Positions 1 to 10,482 of a stretch of DNA of 64,000 nt are shown here, one piece after another. The position numbers and the translations under genes were made by a program. Positions within the stretch are counted from its first letter, which is position 1. Each line of letters starts with the position of its first letter. Location of the stretch: contig CAVWHO010000003.1 in the NCBI GenBank assembly GCA_963754875.1, positions 22,976 to 86,975 of the forward strand, in the 5' to 3' direction. The notes beneath the pieces were generated by a model. The model made no database searches and had not been told where the DNA came from. It saw nothing but the letters and a program-made list of their open reading frames with translations. This stretch comes from Nitrospirota bacterium (GTDB taxonomy: Bacteria; Nitrospirota; UBA9217).

Positions 1-112
1 CGGTAAGAAGTCCAAGCGGCGGAAGGCTAGCCTTCTTGGAAATAAACTTGAGCGCGTATTTGAAACTCCAAAAAGTCTCTGGATATTTAGGATAGACGAG
101 CAGGATCTTCAT
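1..112 (-). CDS. B12-binding-domain radical SAM protein, N-terminal fragment (runs off window)
   Basis: Manual translation from ATG at 112 gives [37 protein letters not shown], a typical B12-binding radical SAM N-terminus. AAGGAGG RBS lies upstream. Confidence 0.8.
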   Translation of the reverse strand, partial: MKILLVYPKYPETFWSFKYALKFISKKASLPPLGLLT

Positions 113-623
113 GAATCCTCCTTAGGTTATGCAATGAGATGCTATTACGAACAGACAGGAGTGCTGAAAAAGAAGCAGAATGCGAGTTTGCCCGAAAGTG
201 AGTGTAGGGTATTATCCATCTTTCAGAATGTATTCACAAGTTATATTTTAGCTTAATCAGCGTCAATTTGCAACGTTCGATGAACCTGGATGATGCGTCC
301 TTACTCAGATGTATCCTATGTTGAATAAAAAATTGCAAAAGAATAAGTATAATTTCTATTGGAGAGCGAAATATGTTCTTCGATATCGTTGATACATTCA
401 GATTTTGAATGAATGAGCCCTACTAGATGGAAAAACCGGGAATAAGATGCAGTACATCGAATGCTCCGGCCTGACGCCTACGCTTTGATAGGAGTTTACC
501 TTGATGATGAAGCTGAGCACTAACCCGTCGTGAAGTGCAGGGGAATCGTCCGCTGTTCAGAGTTGACACCGGGCGCCGTCCCCATGACTCAGCAGCTCAG
601 CGTACTGTCTCGTTTCGCAGATA

Positions 624-1321
624 TTACTTCATCAGGGCTTCAAAATAAGGCGTGATTTTTTTGAGCATTTTGTCCGCAGCCAGGGGGATCATTTTTGCAA
701 AAGCGTCAAGATTCACGAGGGCATTCACGTTCACGTCGTTTTGCGCTGCTCCGACCATCCGTTCCGCGAAATCTCTGTTCACTTCGGCCACCTGACCGTA
801 GATCCGTATCAGTCCGTTGAGGTTCCATTCAGAGCTTTTCCCTGCCTGATGCCGGAGATACTGGGCAACGAAGTGCATGGACACCATCCTGAAGATCGTC
901 TCTTCCAGGCTCGCGAAAGGTAAATGGAACCGCACCATGGGCTTGAGCTGCTCAAGGATGGGACAGCCGCTTGTGGTCATGATGATGCCGAGCAGCGAGC
1001 TGACACCCATCTGGACCGTCGTTGTTTTTGAATAGGTCCTCTCTTCAACTATGCAGGCCACGCTTACGCGATCGTGGGAGGTAAACCTCCTGAACTTGTC
1101 CACAATGCCGGAGAAATTTGCCGCCACCGGGCAACGGGGATAGGTTCGTTGATCAAGGGGGCACGTCGCGCACTGGCAGTAGCCGAGGAGCGTCCATTCC
1201 GGCAGGTCCGGGCTCTTCTCAGGAAGAAGATCGAGCGTATCCGCATCAAGAAGAAGGTCAAATTTATCGTGGAATTGTCATCAAACCGATAGAGATATAC
1301 GATTTTGAAATAATTTGTCAT
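624..1321 (-). CDS. Conserved hypothetical Cys-rich protein (DUF6901-like), split by a 1-nt deletion near 1262
   Basis: Joining frames gives MTNYFKIVYLYRFDDNSTI/FDLLLDADTLDLLPEKSPDLPEWTLLGYCQCATCPL...CPVAANF...TTSGCPILEQLKPMVRFHLPFAS. The shift falls in an A-run. Confidence 0.65.
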
Positions 1322-1367
1322 TTCACGGTCTTGGAATGCGTGAACCTTCAACCTGACGCAAGACAAC

Positions 1368-1440
1368 AAAAAATAAAAACGGGACCAGCTCATGTCATGA
1401 CTCGCTTTCGACGCTCACGAAGAATGAGCTGACCCCGTTG
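1368..1440 (-). terminator. Extended hairpin terminator after fba
   Basis: Minus strand reads ACGGGGTCAGCTCAT...ATGAGCTGGTCCCGT followed by a T-rich tract. Confidence 0.6.
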
Positions 1441-1450
1441 TTTGAGTCTC

Positions 1451-2449
1451 TTACGCTTGTCCTGCTGAACCGAGTACTTCTTTGTTTTTGTGGATGATCA
1501 TCTTGATCAACTCGTCGCGGGCAGGACCGAGGTATTTTCTCGGATCAAACTCGGCCGGTTTCTCGGCCAGGGTCTTGCGGATCATTGCGGTCATGGCAAG
1601 ACGGCCGTCGCTGTCGATGTTGACCTTGCACACGGCGCTGCGCGCGGCCTTCCTGAGCTGGTCCTCGGGAATGCCGACGGCGTCTTTGAGCGCTCCGCCG
1701 TTTTTGTTGATGATCTGAACGTAATCGGGAATGACGGATGATGCGCCGTGAAGCACGATCGGGAACCCGGGAATCCGCTTTTCTATCTCGTCAAGGATGT
1801 CGAACCGAAGCGGAGGCGGCACGAGAACGCCGCGTGCGTCGCGTGTGCACTGCTCGGGTTTGAACTTCATGGCGCCGTGGGACGTCCCGATGGAGATGGC
1901 AAGGGAATCGACGTTTGTCTTCTTCACAAAGTCTTCGACCTGCTCGGGTTTGGTGTAAGTAGATTTCTCGGCTGATACTGCGTCTTCGATCCCCGCCAGA
2001 ACGCCGAGTTCCCCTTCCACGACCACGCCATTGGCATGGGCGTATTCGACGACCTGTTTGGTCACTTTAACGTTGTCATCATAGGAGTGGTGGGACCCAT
2101 CGATCATGACCGAAGAAAAACCCGAATCAACACAGGACTTGCAGAGCTCGAAGGTGTCTCCGTGGTCCAGGTGCAATGCAAATTTCACCGAAGATCCGGC
2201 GTCCTTGATCATGGCGACGGCGCCCATGGCGAGAAACCGCAGGAGGGTCTGGTTCGCATATTTCCGGGCTCCGCTCGAGACCTGCAGGATGAAGGGGGAC
2301 TTTGATTCCACGCATCCCAAAACGATTGCCTGCAGTTGCTCCATATTGTTGAAGTTGTACGCCGGGATCGCGTACTTACCCTTCATCGCTTTTGCAAACA
2401 TCTCCGTAGTCGTAACCAGGCCTATGTCCTTGTACGAAACCTTCTCCAT
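1451..2449 (-). CDS. fba: Class II fructose-1,6-bisphosphate aldolase
   Basis: Motifs HLDHG, SSVMIDGSH, VEGELG, GTSHGA, VLHGASS, KVNIDSD, FDPRKYL. Confidence 0.96.
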   Translation of the reverse strand: MEKVSYKDIGLVTTTEMFAKAMKGKYAIPAYNFNNMEQLQAIVLGCVESKSPFILQVSSGARKYANQTLLRFLAMGAVAMIKDAGSSVKFALHLDHGDTFELCKSCVDSGFSSVMIDGSHHSYDDNVKVTKQVVEYAHANGVVVEGELGVLAGIEDAVSAEKSTYTKPEQVEDFVKKTNVDSLAISIGTSHGAMKFKPEQCTRDARGVLVPPPLRFDILDEIEKRIPGFPIVLHGASSVIPDYVQIINKNGGALKDAVGIPEDQLRKAARSAVCKVNIDSDGRLAMTAMIRKTLAEKPAEFDPRKYLGPARDELIKMIIHKNKEVLGSAGQA

Positions 2450-3007
2450 TCCAATACCCTCCTGAGTAAAATAGTTTATTTCCTGAAAGAGCGACGTTCT
2501 ATCCCTGCAATCGCTCCCAATGTATTTTCTGGCTGTTTGCTTCAGAGGTAAGGCATGAGTGCCGGCGCTTTACTCCACGGATTTACTGTGCGGGCTGCAT
2601 TTTAGCACGAGTTATATATAAACTTCAAGCATCTTTCATCGACCTTTCACCAGAAAAACCCGCGGCGCACATAGTTGCAAGGTTAAGAAATCATAATCAA
2701 CGAGCGTTGCAGAAATAGAGGTATTACAACGCCAGGTCATGCTTTCGGCCAAACGAGTGCAGCCGGATCGTGTCGACAGGTCAGCGCCTCATGCATGGCG
2801 CATGCTGCTCATCGAATTCGATGGACATCCCGGACGTGACTGACCTAGCCGTACTTTAGGATTGATTATTAGCAGGCCAGTATGCTATATTTCCGTTGCT
2901 GACAAGCACCCGGATGCCTGCCAAACGCTTTGCGATCTACCTCGAGACTGGATGGCGGGTCTCTGACGGATTTGACACTGGATATGATGAATTAAAAGGT
3001 GGAGCCT

Positions 3008-4354
3008 ATGCCCTATAAAGCCTGGTTTCAATGCATCAACGAAAAGTGCAGCGAGCGGTATCCCCTGAACACGGTCATCTACAAGTGCAAGGCCTGCAAT
3101 TCGCTGCTCGAAGTGCGGCATGACATGCAGATCCTGGCACATCGCAGCGCAAAGGCATGGATGAAGCTGTTCGAGGACCGGTACAAGTCCACGGAATGGC
3201 CCTACGGCTCCGGCATCTGGGGCAAGAAGGAATGGGTCCTGCCGAACATCCACAACGACAATGTAGTATCGCTCTACGAGGGAGCGTCGAATCTGTTCTG
3301 GGCCGAACGGCTCGGTAAAATCGTTGGTCTTGACAGCCTCTGGATGAAGATGTGCGGCAACTCCCACAGCGGGTCCTTCAAAGACCTCGGGATGACCGTC
3401 CTCGTCTCCCAGGTGAAACAGATGATCAGCGAGGGCGTGCCGATCCAGGCCGTGGCCTGCGCCTCCACCGGCGACACGTCAGCGGCCTTGGCGACTTACT
3501 GCGCCGCTGCCGGCATCCAGTCCATCGTACTTCTGCCCAAAGGAAAGATATCCATCGCCCAGCTCGTCCAGCCCATTGCCAACGGCGCGCTGGTCCTTTC
3601 GCTCGATACGGACTTCGACGGGTGCATGAAGGTGGTACAGGAAATTACGAAGGATGAGACCATCTATCTTGCCAATTCCATGAACTCGCTCCGGATCGAG
3701 GGCCAGAAGACCGTAGGCATCGAGATCGTCCAACAATTCGACTGGGAGGTGCCGGACGTCATCATCATCCCCGGCGGGAACCTGGGCAACGTATCCGCGC
3801 TCGGCAGCGGTCTTTTGATGATGCGCGACCTTGGCCTCATCACGAAGCTGCCCCGGATCGTGGTTGCCCAGGCGGAGCGCGCCAATCCGCTCTACCGGTC
3901 ATACCTCAAGAACTTCGCGTCCTTCGAGCCCATGGAAGCTCAAAAAACGCTCGCGTCCGCGATCCAGATCGGAAACCCGGTCAGCATCGAGAAAGCGATC
4001 CGCACGCTGAAACAGTTCGACGGGATCGTGATGGACGCCACGGAGCAGGAACTGGCGGACGCTGCCGCGCTCGGCGACACCACGGGCATGTTCAACTGTC
4101 CGCATACCGGCGTGGCGCTCGCGGCCATGATCAAACTGATCAAGGCCGGGAAAATCGACAAAGCCGAGAAGGTCGTGGTCATCTCTACGGCCCATGGGCT
4201 CAAGTTCACCGATTTCAAGGTCCAGTACCACCAAGAGAAACTGGGTTTCCCCTGCAGGTTCGCCAACAAACCTATCGAATTGCCCCCGACCGTGGACGCT
4301 GTCAAGAAAGCTCTTGAGCAGGCGCTGAAGAAGAGGAGAGAACAGAATGCCTAA
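3008..4354 (+). CDS. thrC: Threonine synthase (plant-like subtype)
   Basis: PLP lysine motif [39 protein letters not shown], and N-terminal [16 protein letters not shown]. Confidence 0.93.
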   Translation: MPYKAWFQCINEKCSERYPLNTVIYKCKACNSLLEVRHDMQILAHRSAKAWMKLFEDRYKSTEWPYGSGIWGKKEWVLPNIHNDNVVSLYEGASNLFWAERLGKIVGLDSLWMKMCGNSHSGSFKDLGMTVLVSQVKQMISEGVPIQAVACASTGDTSAALATYCAAAGIQSIVLLPKGKISIAQLVQPIANGALVLSLDTDFDGCMKVVQEITKDETIYLANSMNSLRIEGQKTVGIEIVQQFDWEVPDVIIIPGGNLGNVSALGSGLLMMRDLGLITKLPRIVVAQAERANPLYRSYLKNFASFEPMEAQKTLASAIQIGNPVSIEKAIRTLKQFDGIVMDATEQELADAAALGDTTGMFNCPHTGVALAAMIKLIKAGKIDKAEKVVVISTAHGLKFTDFKVQYHQEKLGFPCRFANKPIELPPTVDAVKKALEQALKKRREQNA

Positions 4355-5555
4355 GAAACCATCGAACCCGAAGAAGTGGAGCCCCGCAACCCTCGGCATC
4401 CACGGCCTGGACCGTGTCCATCACGCCAACTTCGCGGTTTCTACGCCGATCGCGCAAACCTCGAACTACTATTTTAACAATACCCAGGAAGTCTACGACT
4501 TCATGAAAGCCAAGAGCGAAGGAACGGTGATCCGCGATCATGAGTACGGCCGCTACGGCAACCCGACCCAAACGGAGTGCGAGCGCAAACTCGCCGCAAT
4601 AGAGGGCGCCGAGCGCGCGGTATTGTTCTCCACGGGCATGAGCGCCGTTATCCTGACGATTATGACCTTTATGCGCCGCGACGGGCATATCATTTTCACG
4701 AGCGACTGTTACCGCCAGACCCGGGACTTCGCAGCAAACCTACTGGCCGAATTCGGCATCCAGGTATCGATGGTCGACCCGACCGCGGAGGCCATTGAAA
4801 AGGCCATCAGGCCGAACACGAACATCATCTTCACCGAATCGCCGACAAACCCCTATCTGCGGTGCCTGGACCTGCCTGCGGTGGTGAAAGTCGCAAAACA
4901 GCACAACGTCATGACCATCATCGATGCCACGCTGGCCACGCCGTATAACATCCGCCCCCTGGACCTCGGTGTCGATGTTGTCATCCACTCGGCAACAAAG
5001 TACCTGGGCGGACACAACGATCTCCTTGCCGGTGTCACGCTGGGCTCGGACAAGCTCATGAACGACGTCTACCGCATGCAGCGCATGATCGGCGCGACGC
5101 CGGGGCCGCTTACCTGCTTCCTTCTGGAGCGGGGTCTGAAGACCTTCGGCCTGCGGATGAAGCACCATAACGAGGCCGGCCTTGCCATTGCTCGCATGCT
5201 CGAGGCGCACCCCAAGATTGAGAAAGTCTGGTATCCCGGTCTTGATTCCCATCCGGACCGGGCAATCGCAAAAGAACAAATGAAGGGCTTCGGCAGCGTC
5301 GTCACCTTCCTGCTCCGCGGTGATGATGCAAAGACCAGGAAGTTTATCGACTCACTCGAACTCTTCCTGATCACTCCGAGTCTCGGCGGAAGCGAAAGTC
5401 TCGTTACGCAGATGTGGATGATGTCATTCTTCGACTATCCGGCAGAGTACCGGAAAAAGATCGGCATGTCGGACAACCTGGTCAGGCTGGCTCTGGGTCT
5501 GGAGGACGTGGACGACTTGCTTGCTGATTTGAAGCAAGCGCTGGAAAAGGTGTAA
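4347..5555 (+). CDS. metB: Cystathionine gamma-synthase family PLP enzyme (plant-like)
   Basis: Motifs [42 protein letters not shown]. Overlaps the thrC stop by 8 nt. Confidence 0.8.
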   Translation: MPKKPSNPKKWSPATLGIHGLDRVHHANFAVSTPIAQTSNYYFNNTQEVYDFMKAKSEGTVIRDHEYGRYGNPTQTECERKLAAIEGAERAVLFSTGMSAVILTIMTFMRRDGHIIFTSDCYRQTRDFAANLLAEFGIQVSMVDPTAEAIEKAIRPNTNIIFTESPTNPYLRCLDLPAVVKVAKQHNVMTIIDATLATPYNIRPLDLGVDVVIHSATKYLGGHNDLLAGVTLGSDKLMNDVYRMQRMIGATPGPLTCFLLERGLKTFGLRMKHHNEAGLAIARMLEAHPKIEKVWYPGLDSHPDRAIAKEQMKGFGSVVTFLLRGDDAKTRKFIDSLELFLITPSLGGSESLVTQMWMMSFFDYPAEYRKKIGMSDNLVRLALGLEDVDDLLADLKQALEKV

Positions 5556-5575
5556 GAGTCAGAGTAAGAGTAAAA

Positions 5576-5660
5576 CAGGACTGAGGACTGAGTGCTGAGG
5601 GATGAGTGGACGCGAGCTTTAAGGTTTTCCTCGGTCCTCAGCACTCATAACTCAGTCCTG
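5576..5660. repeat. Inverted array of ~7-bp tandem repeats forming a long hairpin between convergent genes
   Basis: caggactgaggactgagtgctgagg ... cctcagcactcataactcagtcctg. Confidence 0.7.
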
Positions 5661-5674
5661 ATTTCGGAGTCCCC

Positions 5675-6436
5675 TCACCCCTGCATCGTAATGTCCTTCA
5701 TAATCTGTCCTTTGATGAAATTCCTGAGCAGTTCCCGGTCCGTTTCCGATATTTCGCTGAACTTCAGACCCATCCCCGGCTCTTTGAACAGTCCCTGGCT
5801 CATGGTGACGCTGCGTACGACGACGGCCTTGAGTTTTACGGGAATGGAATGAATGATCAGGTTGACCGGGACGACCGCATTGGCCGGCCGGGGGTTCAGG
5901 GTACGTACGAAGACACCGTTTTCCGACAGCTCCGAGACGAATTCGACACTGTTCGCGGCATCGATCGAGGTATGTCCGCCGACCCTGACTGGCAGCAGGG
6001 TCCGCAGCCGCACGAACTGCCGCGGTGTTTCTTCGGTTGCATGCTGAATGGCGCTATAGAGCGCATCCAGCTCCGCAGGCTTTCTGAGAAATGCCGCACA
6101 ACCGGAAGCGCGGCAGTGTTCTTCTCTTTTTTGGTCACCGACTGCCGTCTGGATGATGACGGGGATGCCTTTGGTCGCGGGGTTGTGCCTGAGATGGACG
6201 AGCAGCTCTAGGCCGGACATCTGCTGGAGCGAAAGTTCGGTTATGATCAGTTCCGGCAAGGCAGCGTCGATGATTTTGAGAGCATCCTCCCCGGAGTTTG
6301 CTATATATACGTCGTAGTCGAGCCGCTGAAGAATCATGCCCGTTGCGAACAAGTCACGGACATAACCGTCCACGAGAAGAGCATAAGACTTTTTCCGGTC
6401 CGGCGTCGAGTTTTCCAGGACAGCGGGGACAGTCAC
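5675..6436 (-). CDS. Receiver-like domain + PilZ domain protein
   Basis: REC fold (ALLVD...LIITELSL...FLRKP) followed by PilZ RQFVR and ELSENG motifs. Confidence 0.8.
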   Translation of the reverse strand: MTVPAVLENSTPDRKKSYALLVDGYVRDLFATGMILQRLDYDVYIANSGEDALKIIDAALPELIITELSLQQMSGLELLVHLRHNPATKGIPVIIQTAVGDQKREEHCRASGCAAFLRKPAELDALYSAIQHATEETPRQFVRLRTLLPVRVGGHTSIDAANSVEFVSELSENGVFVRTLNPRPANAVVPVNLIIHSIPVKLKAVVVRSVTMSQGLFKEPGMGLKFSEISETDRELLRNFIKGQIMKDITMQG

Positions 6437-6525
6437 TGTAGGCGTGTCTCCTTATTCCCAACTGAAATGCAGACTAGGGTAGCTGATTGTTGCTTGGAAC
6501 ATAGATATATTATAGAGACCGAAAG

Positions 6526-6723
6526 TCATAGCTTAGAGCGCATCTGTTTGCTTTTCGGCTCGAAATGCTGGCAGTAAATTCCTGAAGACTGAAAGACAAC
6601 AAAAGTAGCAGCATTTTTTGATTTGAAACCCATGGCTCTACACCCGTGGGGGAAGTCTTTTTCCCAGGTGACAAAATAATGTCTGCATTTATTGCAGGAT
6701 ATTTTCCCTTGCTCGTCTGTCAT
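6526..6723 (-). CDS. Small conserved four-Cys protein
   Basis: CNKCRHYFVTWEKDFPHGCRAMGFKS...SSGIYCQHFEPK pattern. Confidence 0.7.
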   Translation of the reverse strand: MTDEQGKISCNKCRHYFVTWEKDFPHGCRAMGFKSKNAATFVVFQSSGIYCQHFEPKSKQMRSKL

Positions 6724-6807
6724 AAGCCTGACCCGGCATAGCGCGAAATTACCAACATCTCGCCGGAGATTCAGTAAGGATGCGCAAAAAAAAGGAATAG
6801 ATCTGCA

Positions 6808-7398
6808 TTATGCGTTCTCGGAGCAGGGAATACAGACGATTTTCCCGTTCTTCACGCGGCCACGGGATTCCATGAATTTTTCACCACACGAGGCGCACCG
6901 TGCAGACCCGCGAACTCTCGCTTCCTCGGGGGGCCGCGAGGAAACCTCTGTGATGGTCATGATCTCTTTTTCGTCCGCCTTCAGGATCGCTGCGGCCTTT
7001 TCCATTTTAAATGCCTGCATGTCAACGGAAACGTCTTCGCCGGCATCCTGCCTTTTTTTCAGTTCTGGAAAACGGGAGTCGCCTTCGAACCCGCGATAAT
7101 CTTCAGATATGCGGATGCCTTTGCCGGTCCTGCGATTAAAGAACGTATACACGTGCTTGCCGTAATCCCGAAAGATCAGGTTCCCTTTCCCGAACGTGCA
7201 GCCCGTAATGAACTGGATAGCATCCGCTGCGCAGGAATCGTTCTCGACGACAGCAACAAGCTCTTCATCCTGCGGCCGCTCGGCCTTCAACTCCCGGAGC
7301 GCCGCTTTTGCCACGCGAAAGCCGAGCGAAAGACCGGGACAGAGATGGCCGTGAAATTGAACGGTCTCTCGTAATTCATCATTGTTCAGCCCATGCAT
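6808..7398 (-). CDS. FmdE family protein with C-terminal zinc finger
   Basis: FHGHLCPG, ENDSCAADAIQFITGCTFGKGNL, and C-terminal CASCGE...CIPC. Confidence 0.9.
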   Translation of the reverse strand: MHGLNNDELRETVQFHGHLCPGLSLGFRVAKAALRELKAERPQDEELVAVVENDSCAADAIQFITGCTFGKGNLIFRDYGKHVYTFFNRRTGKGIRISEDYRGFEGDSRFPELKKRQDAGEDVSVDMQAFKMEKAAAILKADEKEIMTITEVSSRPPEEARVRGSARCASCGEKFMESRGRVKNGKIVCIPCSENA

Positions 7399-7453
7399 AA
7401 AAAACCTCTCATTCTTATTGTACCGCAGAGGGCAATCCGTCTGGGCTCAAACT

Positions 7454-8551
7454 TTATTTTTTTAGAATGAGCTTTGCCGCAAGGATCGCTTTTGCCCTCT
7501 TCAAATGGCTTTTCACCGATTCACTGTCAACGATGGCAAGGTGGATCTCTTTGGCGATCTCCTCTTCCCCTGCCGCGCTCGCCTTCGCTGCCCAATCGCG
7601 GTAATTCTCCATGTGGCTGTCGCCGTGTTCTATCCAGTGTTCGAGCATGACCTGCAATTTTTGCAGGTCTTCAGTGCCGTGACCATGCTCCTGTTCGTGG
7701 GAATGGCTGTGGTGTTTGTGGTTATCGTGCATTGCGCCTCCATTTGAGTGAATATGTCCGAAATGACCATGCCGGTGGACATGGGCCGTGTCTCCGTGAT
7801 AGTGAGCATGTTCGTGGATCAGATTCACCCTGAGCAGCAGTTCCTCATTCGTCATGATGTCGGAAAACGCGCCGTCCGCCGCCACGGAGTGGTCTTCCGA
7901 AAGAACGACGGCCCGCTCGGCTATATCGCCGGCGATTGAGAGATCATGAGTGGCTGAAATGATCGTCTTCCCTTTTTGGTGCAGGTCATGAAGAATCTCG
8001 ATGAGCCAAACCTGGGTCCGGGGGTCGAGTCCGTTCGTGGGCTCGTCCAGTAAAAGTACTTCCGGGTCAGTCGCCAGGCTTGACGCGATGGCCACCTTCT
8101 TCTTCTGACCGTCCGACAGCGTATGAGGAGCGCGATCGCGAAGTTCCGCGATGCGGAGCGACTCGAGCTGTTTCTCTACGATATCGTTGATTTCCGATGG
8201 CGAAATACCGAGCTGCAGCGGGCCGAAGGCGATCTCGTCCCAGACGGTGGCTGAAAAAAGCTGGACGTCGGGGTTCGAAAACACGAGGGCGACCCTCTTG
8301 CGGAAATCCGTGGAAAAAACCCGTTCCTCGAGCGCAACTTCGGACAGCGGCCTCCCGAAGGCCCTGATCGTCCCCGAGTCGGGGAAGACCAGGCCGTCCA
8401 TGAGAAAAAGGAGCGTGGATTTGCCCGTGCCGTTCGCGCCCAGGATAACCGTACGGCCTCCTGCCGGGAAGTCGAGTGTCATGTCCCGTAAAACCGGTGT
8501 GCCGTTCGCATAGGCATAGGTGATATTCTGTAAACTGAGCGCATGCGTCAT
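7454..8551 (-). CDS. cbiO: ECF Ni/Co transporter ATPase (NikO/CbiO) fused to a His-rich linker and helical LEHWIEH domain
   Basis: Walker A GANGTGKST, LSDGQKK signature, LLLDEP, a His-rich tail, then KLQVMLEHWIEH. Confidence 0.85.
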   Translation of the reverse strand: MTHALSLQNITYAYANGTPVLRDMTLDFPAGGRTVILGANGTGKSTLLFLMDGLVFPDSGTIRAFGRPLSEVALEERVFSTDFRKRVALVFSNPDVQLFSATVWDEIAFGPLQLGISPSEINDIVEKQLESLRIAELRDRAPHTLSDGQKKKVAIASSLATDPEVLLLDEPTNGLDPRTQVWLIEILHDLHQKGKTIISATHDLSIAGDIAERAVVLSEDHSVAADGAFSDIMTNEELLLRVNLIHEHAHYHGDTAHVHRHGHFGHIHSNGGAMHDNHKHHSHSHEQEHGHGTEDLQKLQVMLEHWIEHGDSHMENYRDWAAKASAAGEEEIAKEIHLAIVDSESVKSHLKRAKAILAAKLILKK

Positions 8552-9424
8552 CGGAAGGCTCCCCTATCCGCAAAAAGAAGCAGCGCTGCGATTGCCGATA
8601 CGGTCAGCATCCAAGCACAATCGAGTCCCCTCATGCGGAAACGGCTCACGGTCCTGAATTCGCCGTGAAACCCCCGGGACAGCATGGCCTTATACACGTC
8701 ATCGCCCATTTCTATGGTTTTTTTGAAGGTGACGCCGATGCGCGACGCGGTCCAATTCCGCTCAACTGCAGGGGTCAACGGCCGTATTGTCCTGCTCATC
8801 CTGCCGCGGTACATGTCCTGGACCAGCCGAAGCAGAACGAAGAGATAGCGCTCGGTCATGCTGAGCGTGACCACGAAAATGCGGGGAACGAACAGAGCGC
8901 GGAGGCCGGAGAATATCTCGGCCCACTTCGTCGTGAGCGTCAGCAGAACGGCCAAAGAGACCGATGCAGAGACCCGGGAAACCAGCATTACTGCGCCCCA
9001 GAGCCCCTGCCGCGTCACCGCGATTTCCGCGGGAATCGTGTAAGGCCCCCAGGTATGGCTTCGCGAGAGCTTCAAAAGGACCAACACCGGTTCGCCAGGA
9101 GTGATGATATTCAAGATTGCCGGCAGAACGATCGCCGCCGAAAACAAGCGGGACAAAGAGCCAGACGCGTTTGATGAAGAACCAGAGCGGTACGCGGGAG
9201 AAGAGAGCCAGGACGAGGCAGAAGCCGTAGGCGATCCAGATGGTCTGCGGGGTGCGAAACACACTGACGAGAACGATGAGGCACAGGAAACTGACGAGCT
9301 TCACGCGGACATCGAGCGCCTGAAGCAAGCCCTGTTGCCTGGCATAGACCTCGGAGAGCAGGGACTGCTCTGCAACCTGAGCTGCAGCCAACAGCGTCTT
9401 GTCCAGGAATTTAACGTGAGACAA
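8548..9424 (-). CDS. cbiQ: ECF transporter T component (NikQ/CbiQ), split by a 1-nt insertion near 9147
   Basis: N-terminal half (QALDVRVKL...WLFVPL) joins the C-terminal half (FSAAIVLP...MTERYLFVL...AMLSRGF). Confidence 0.85.
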
Positions 9425-9452
9425 AACCGTCTCCTCTCACAGCCGTCACGGC

Positions 9453-9791
9453 CTACCGCGAGCCGTTCTTACGACTCAGCAGCTTCGTAATAATATACAT
9501 GATGCCCGCTATGAGCGCAATACCGATGACGGCGGAAAGCACATAACCAATACTTTCGACTGCCAGCCTTTTGCTCCCGGCGGGTAAGTCGTAATTAGGC
9601 AACGGCGCCTTCCAGATCCCGGCTATACGTTTAAATCCTTCAGGAACGGACCCCGCGACCTTCTCGATCTCCGTAAGACCCCACTCGCCCCATGCGCCGC
9701 CGGCGCCGAACCACTTCGGGATGATGATCCCGAGAGGCGAAAGGAGGGCCAGCACGCCTACGCAGATCCACAGTTTTTTTGATGTGGTCAT
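9453..9791 (-). CDS. ECF Ni/Co transporter small component (NikN/PDGLE-like)
   Basis: LSPLGII...AWGEWG...WKAPLPNY with two TM segments, located between the M and Q genes. Confidence 0.8.
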   Translation of the reverse strand: MTTSKKLWICVGVLALLSPLGIIIPKWFGAGGAWGEWGLTEIEKVAGSVPEGFKRIAGIWKAPLPNYDLPAGSKRLAVESIGYVLSAVIGIALIAGIMYIITKLLSRKNGSR

Positions 9792-9813
9792 GCTTCCTCC
9801 CTTTCACTCCGGT

Positions 9814-10482
9814 TCAATGAAGCATTTCCGGATTATTCTTCTGAAAGTATTTGACCACCAGGGCGGTGATCAGGGCTTCGACAAAACCGAACAACAGCAA
9901 GTGCTCTGCTGCCATGGCCGGGATCGCAATGCTCAGCGGAAAGGGAGAATAGAGCGGTTGGCCGGATGCGGATTTTTCCAGGATCGGCTGGATGCCGAAC
10001 TCGATTGCCGTGACCAGAGCAGACACATTCAGGCTCACATACGCTGCGATTGCAGCGGCGACCAACCTCCTTTTGTCCGTTGGAGCAGAGTTTGCAGCGA
10101 TCAGGCGATATACGCCGTAACCGGTAAATACCCCGACCACGGCCATGTTAAAGCAGTTCGCGCCGATGGCAGTGATGCCGCCGTCGCCGAACAGGAGCGC
10201 CTGAATGATCAGCGCAACGGACACCGAGATCAACGCGGCCCAGGGCCCCAGCAAAATGGCGACCAGCGTGGCGCTCGTCGCGTGGCCCGTGGTCCCGCCG
10301 ATGATCGGAATGTTGAACATCATGATCACGAAACTGAAGGCCGCACCGAGCGCCAGATAGGGCGCCTGTTTCGACTGGAGCGTTCTGTTCAGCTTTCGGG
10401 CAGCAATCGCCCAAAAGGAAATGGTAACAGCATACATCGTTCCGTACGTGGCCGGTCCCAAATACCCGTCGGGAATATGCAT
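9814..10482 (-). CDS. cbiM: ECF Ni/Co transporter substrate-binding S component (NikM/CbiM)
   Basis: Canonical N-terminus MHIPDGYL with GGAG RBS, plus FNIPIIGGTTGH and LFGDGGITAIGAN. Confidence 0.92.
   Translation of the reverse strand: MHIPDGYLGPATYGTMYAVTISFWAIAARKLNRTLQSKQAPYLALGAAFSFVIMMFNIPIIGGTTGHATSATLVAILLGPWAALISVSVALIIQALLFGDGGITAIGANCFNMAVVGVFTGYGVYRLIAANSAPTDKRRLVAAAIAAYVSLNVSALVTAIEFGIQPILEKSASGQPLYSPFPLSIAIPAMAAEHLLLFGFVEALITALVVKYFQKNNPEMLH

Noticed and set aside
113..620. Cobalamin riboswitch upstream of the B12 radical SAM gene; gctgagc...gctcagc pairing at 512-601
   Set aside because: No B12-box consensus, and a single 7-bp complementarity is insufficient.
2460..3007. SAM or T-box riboswitch upstream of thrC-metB
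   Set aside because: Could not find SAM-I or T-box consensus elements or a terminator in the leader.
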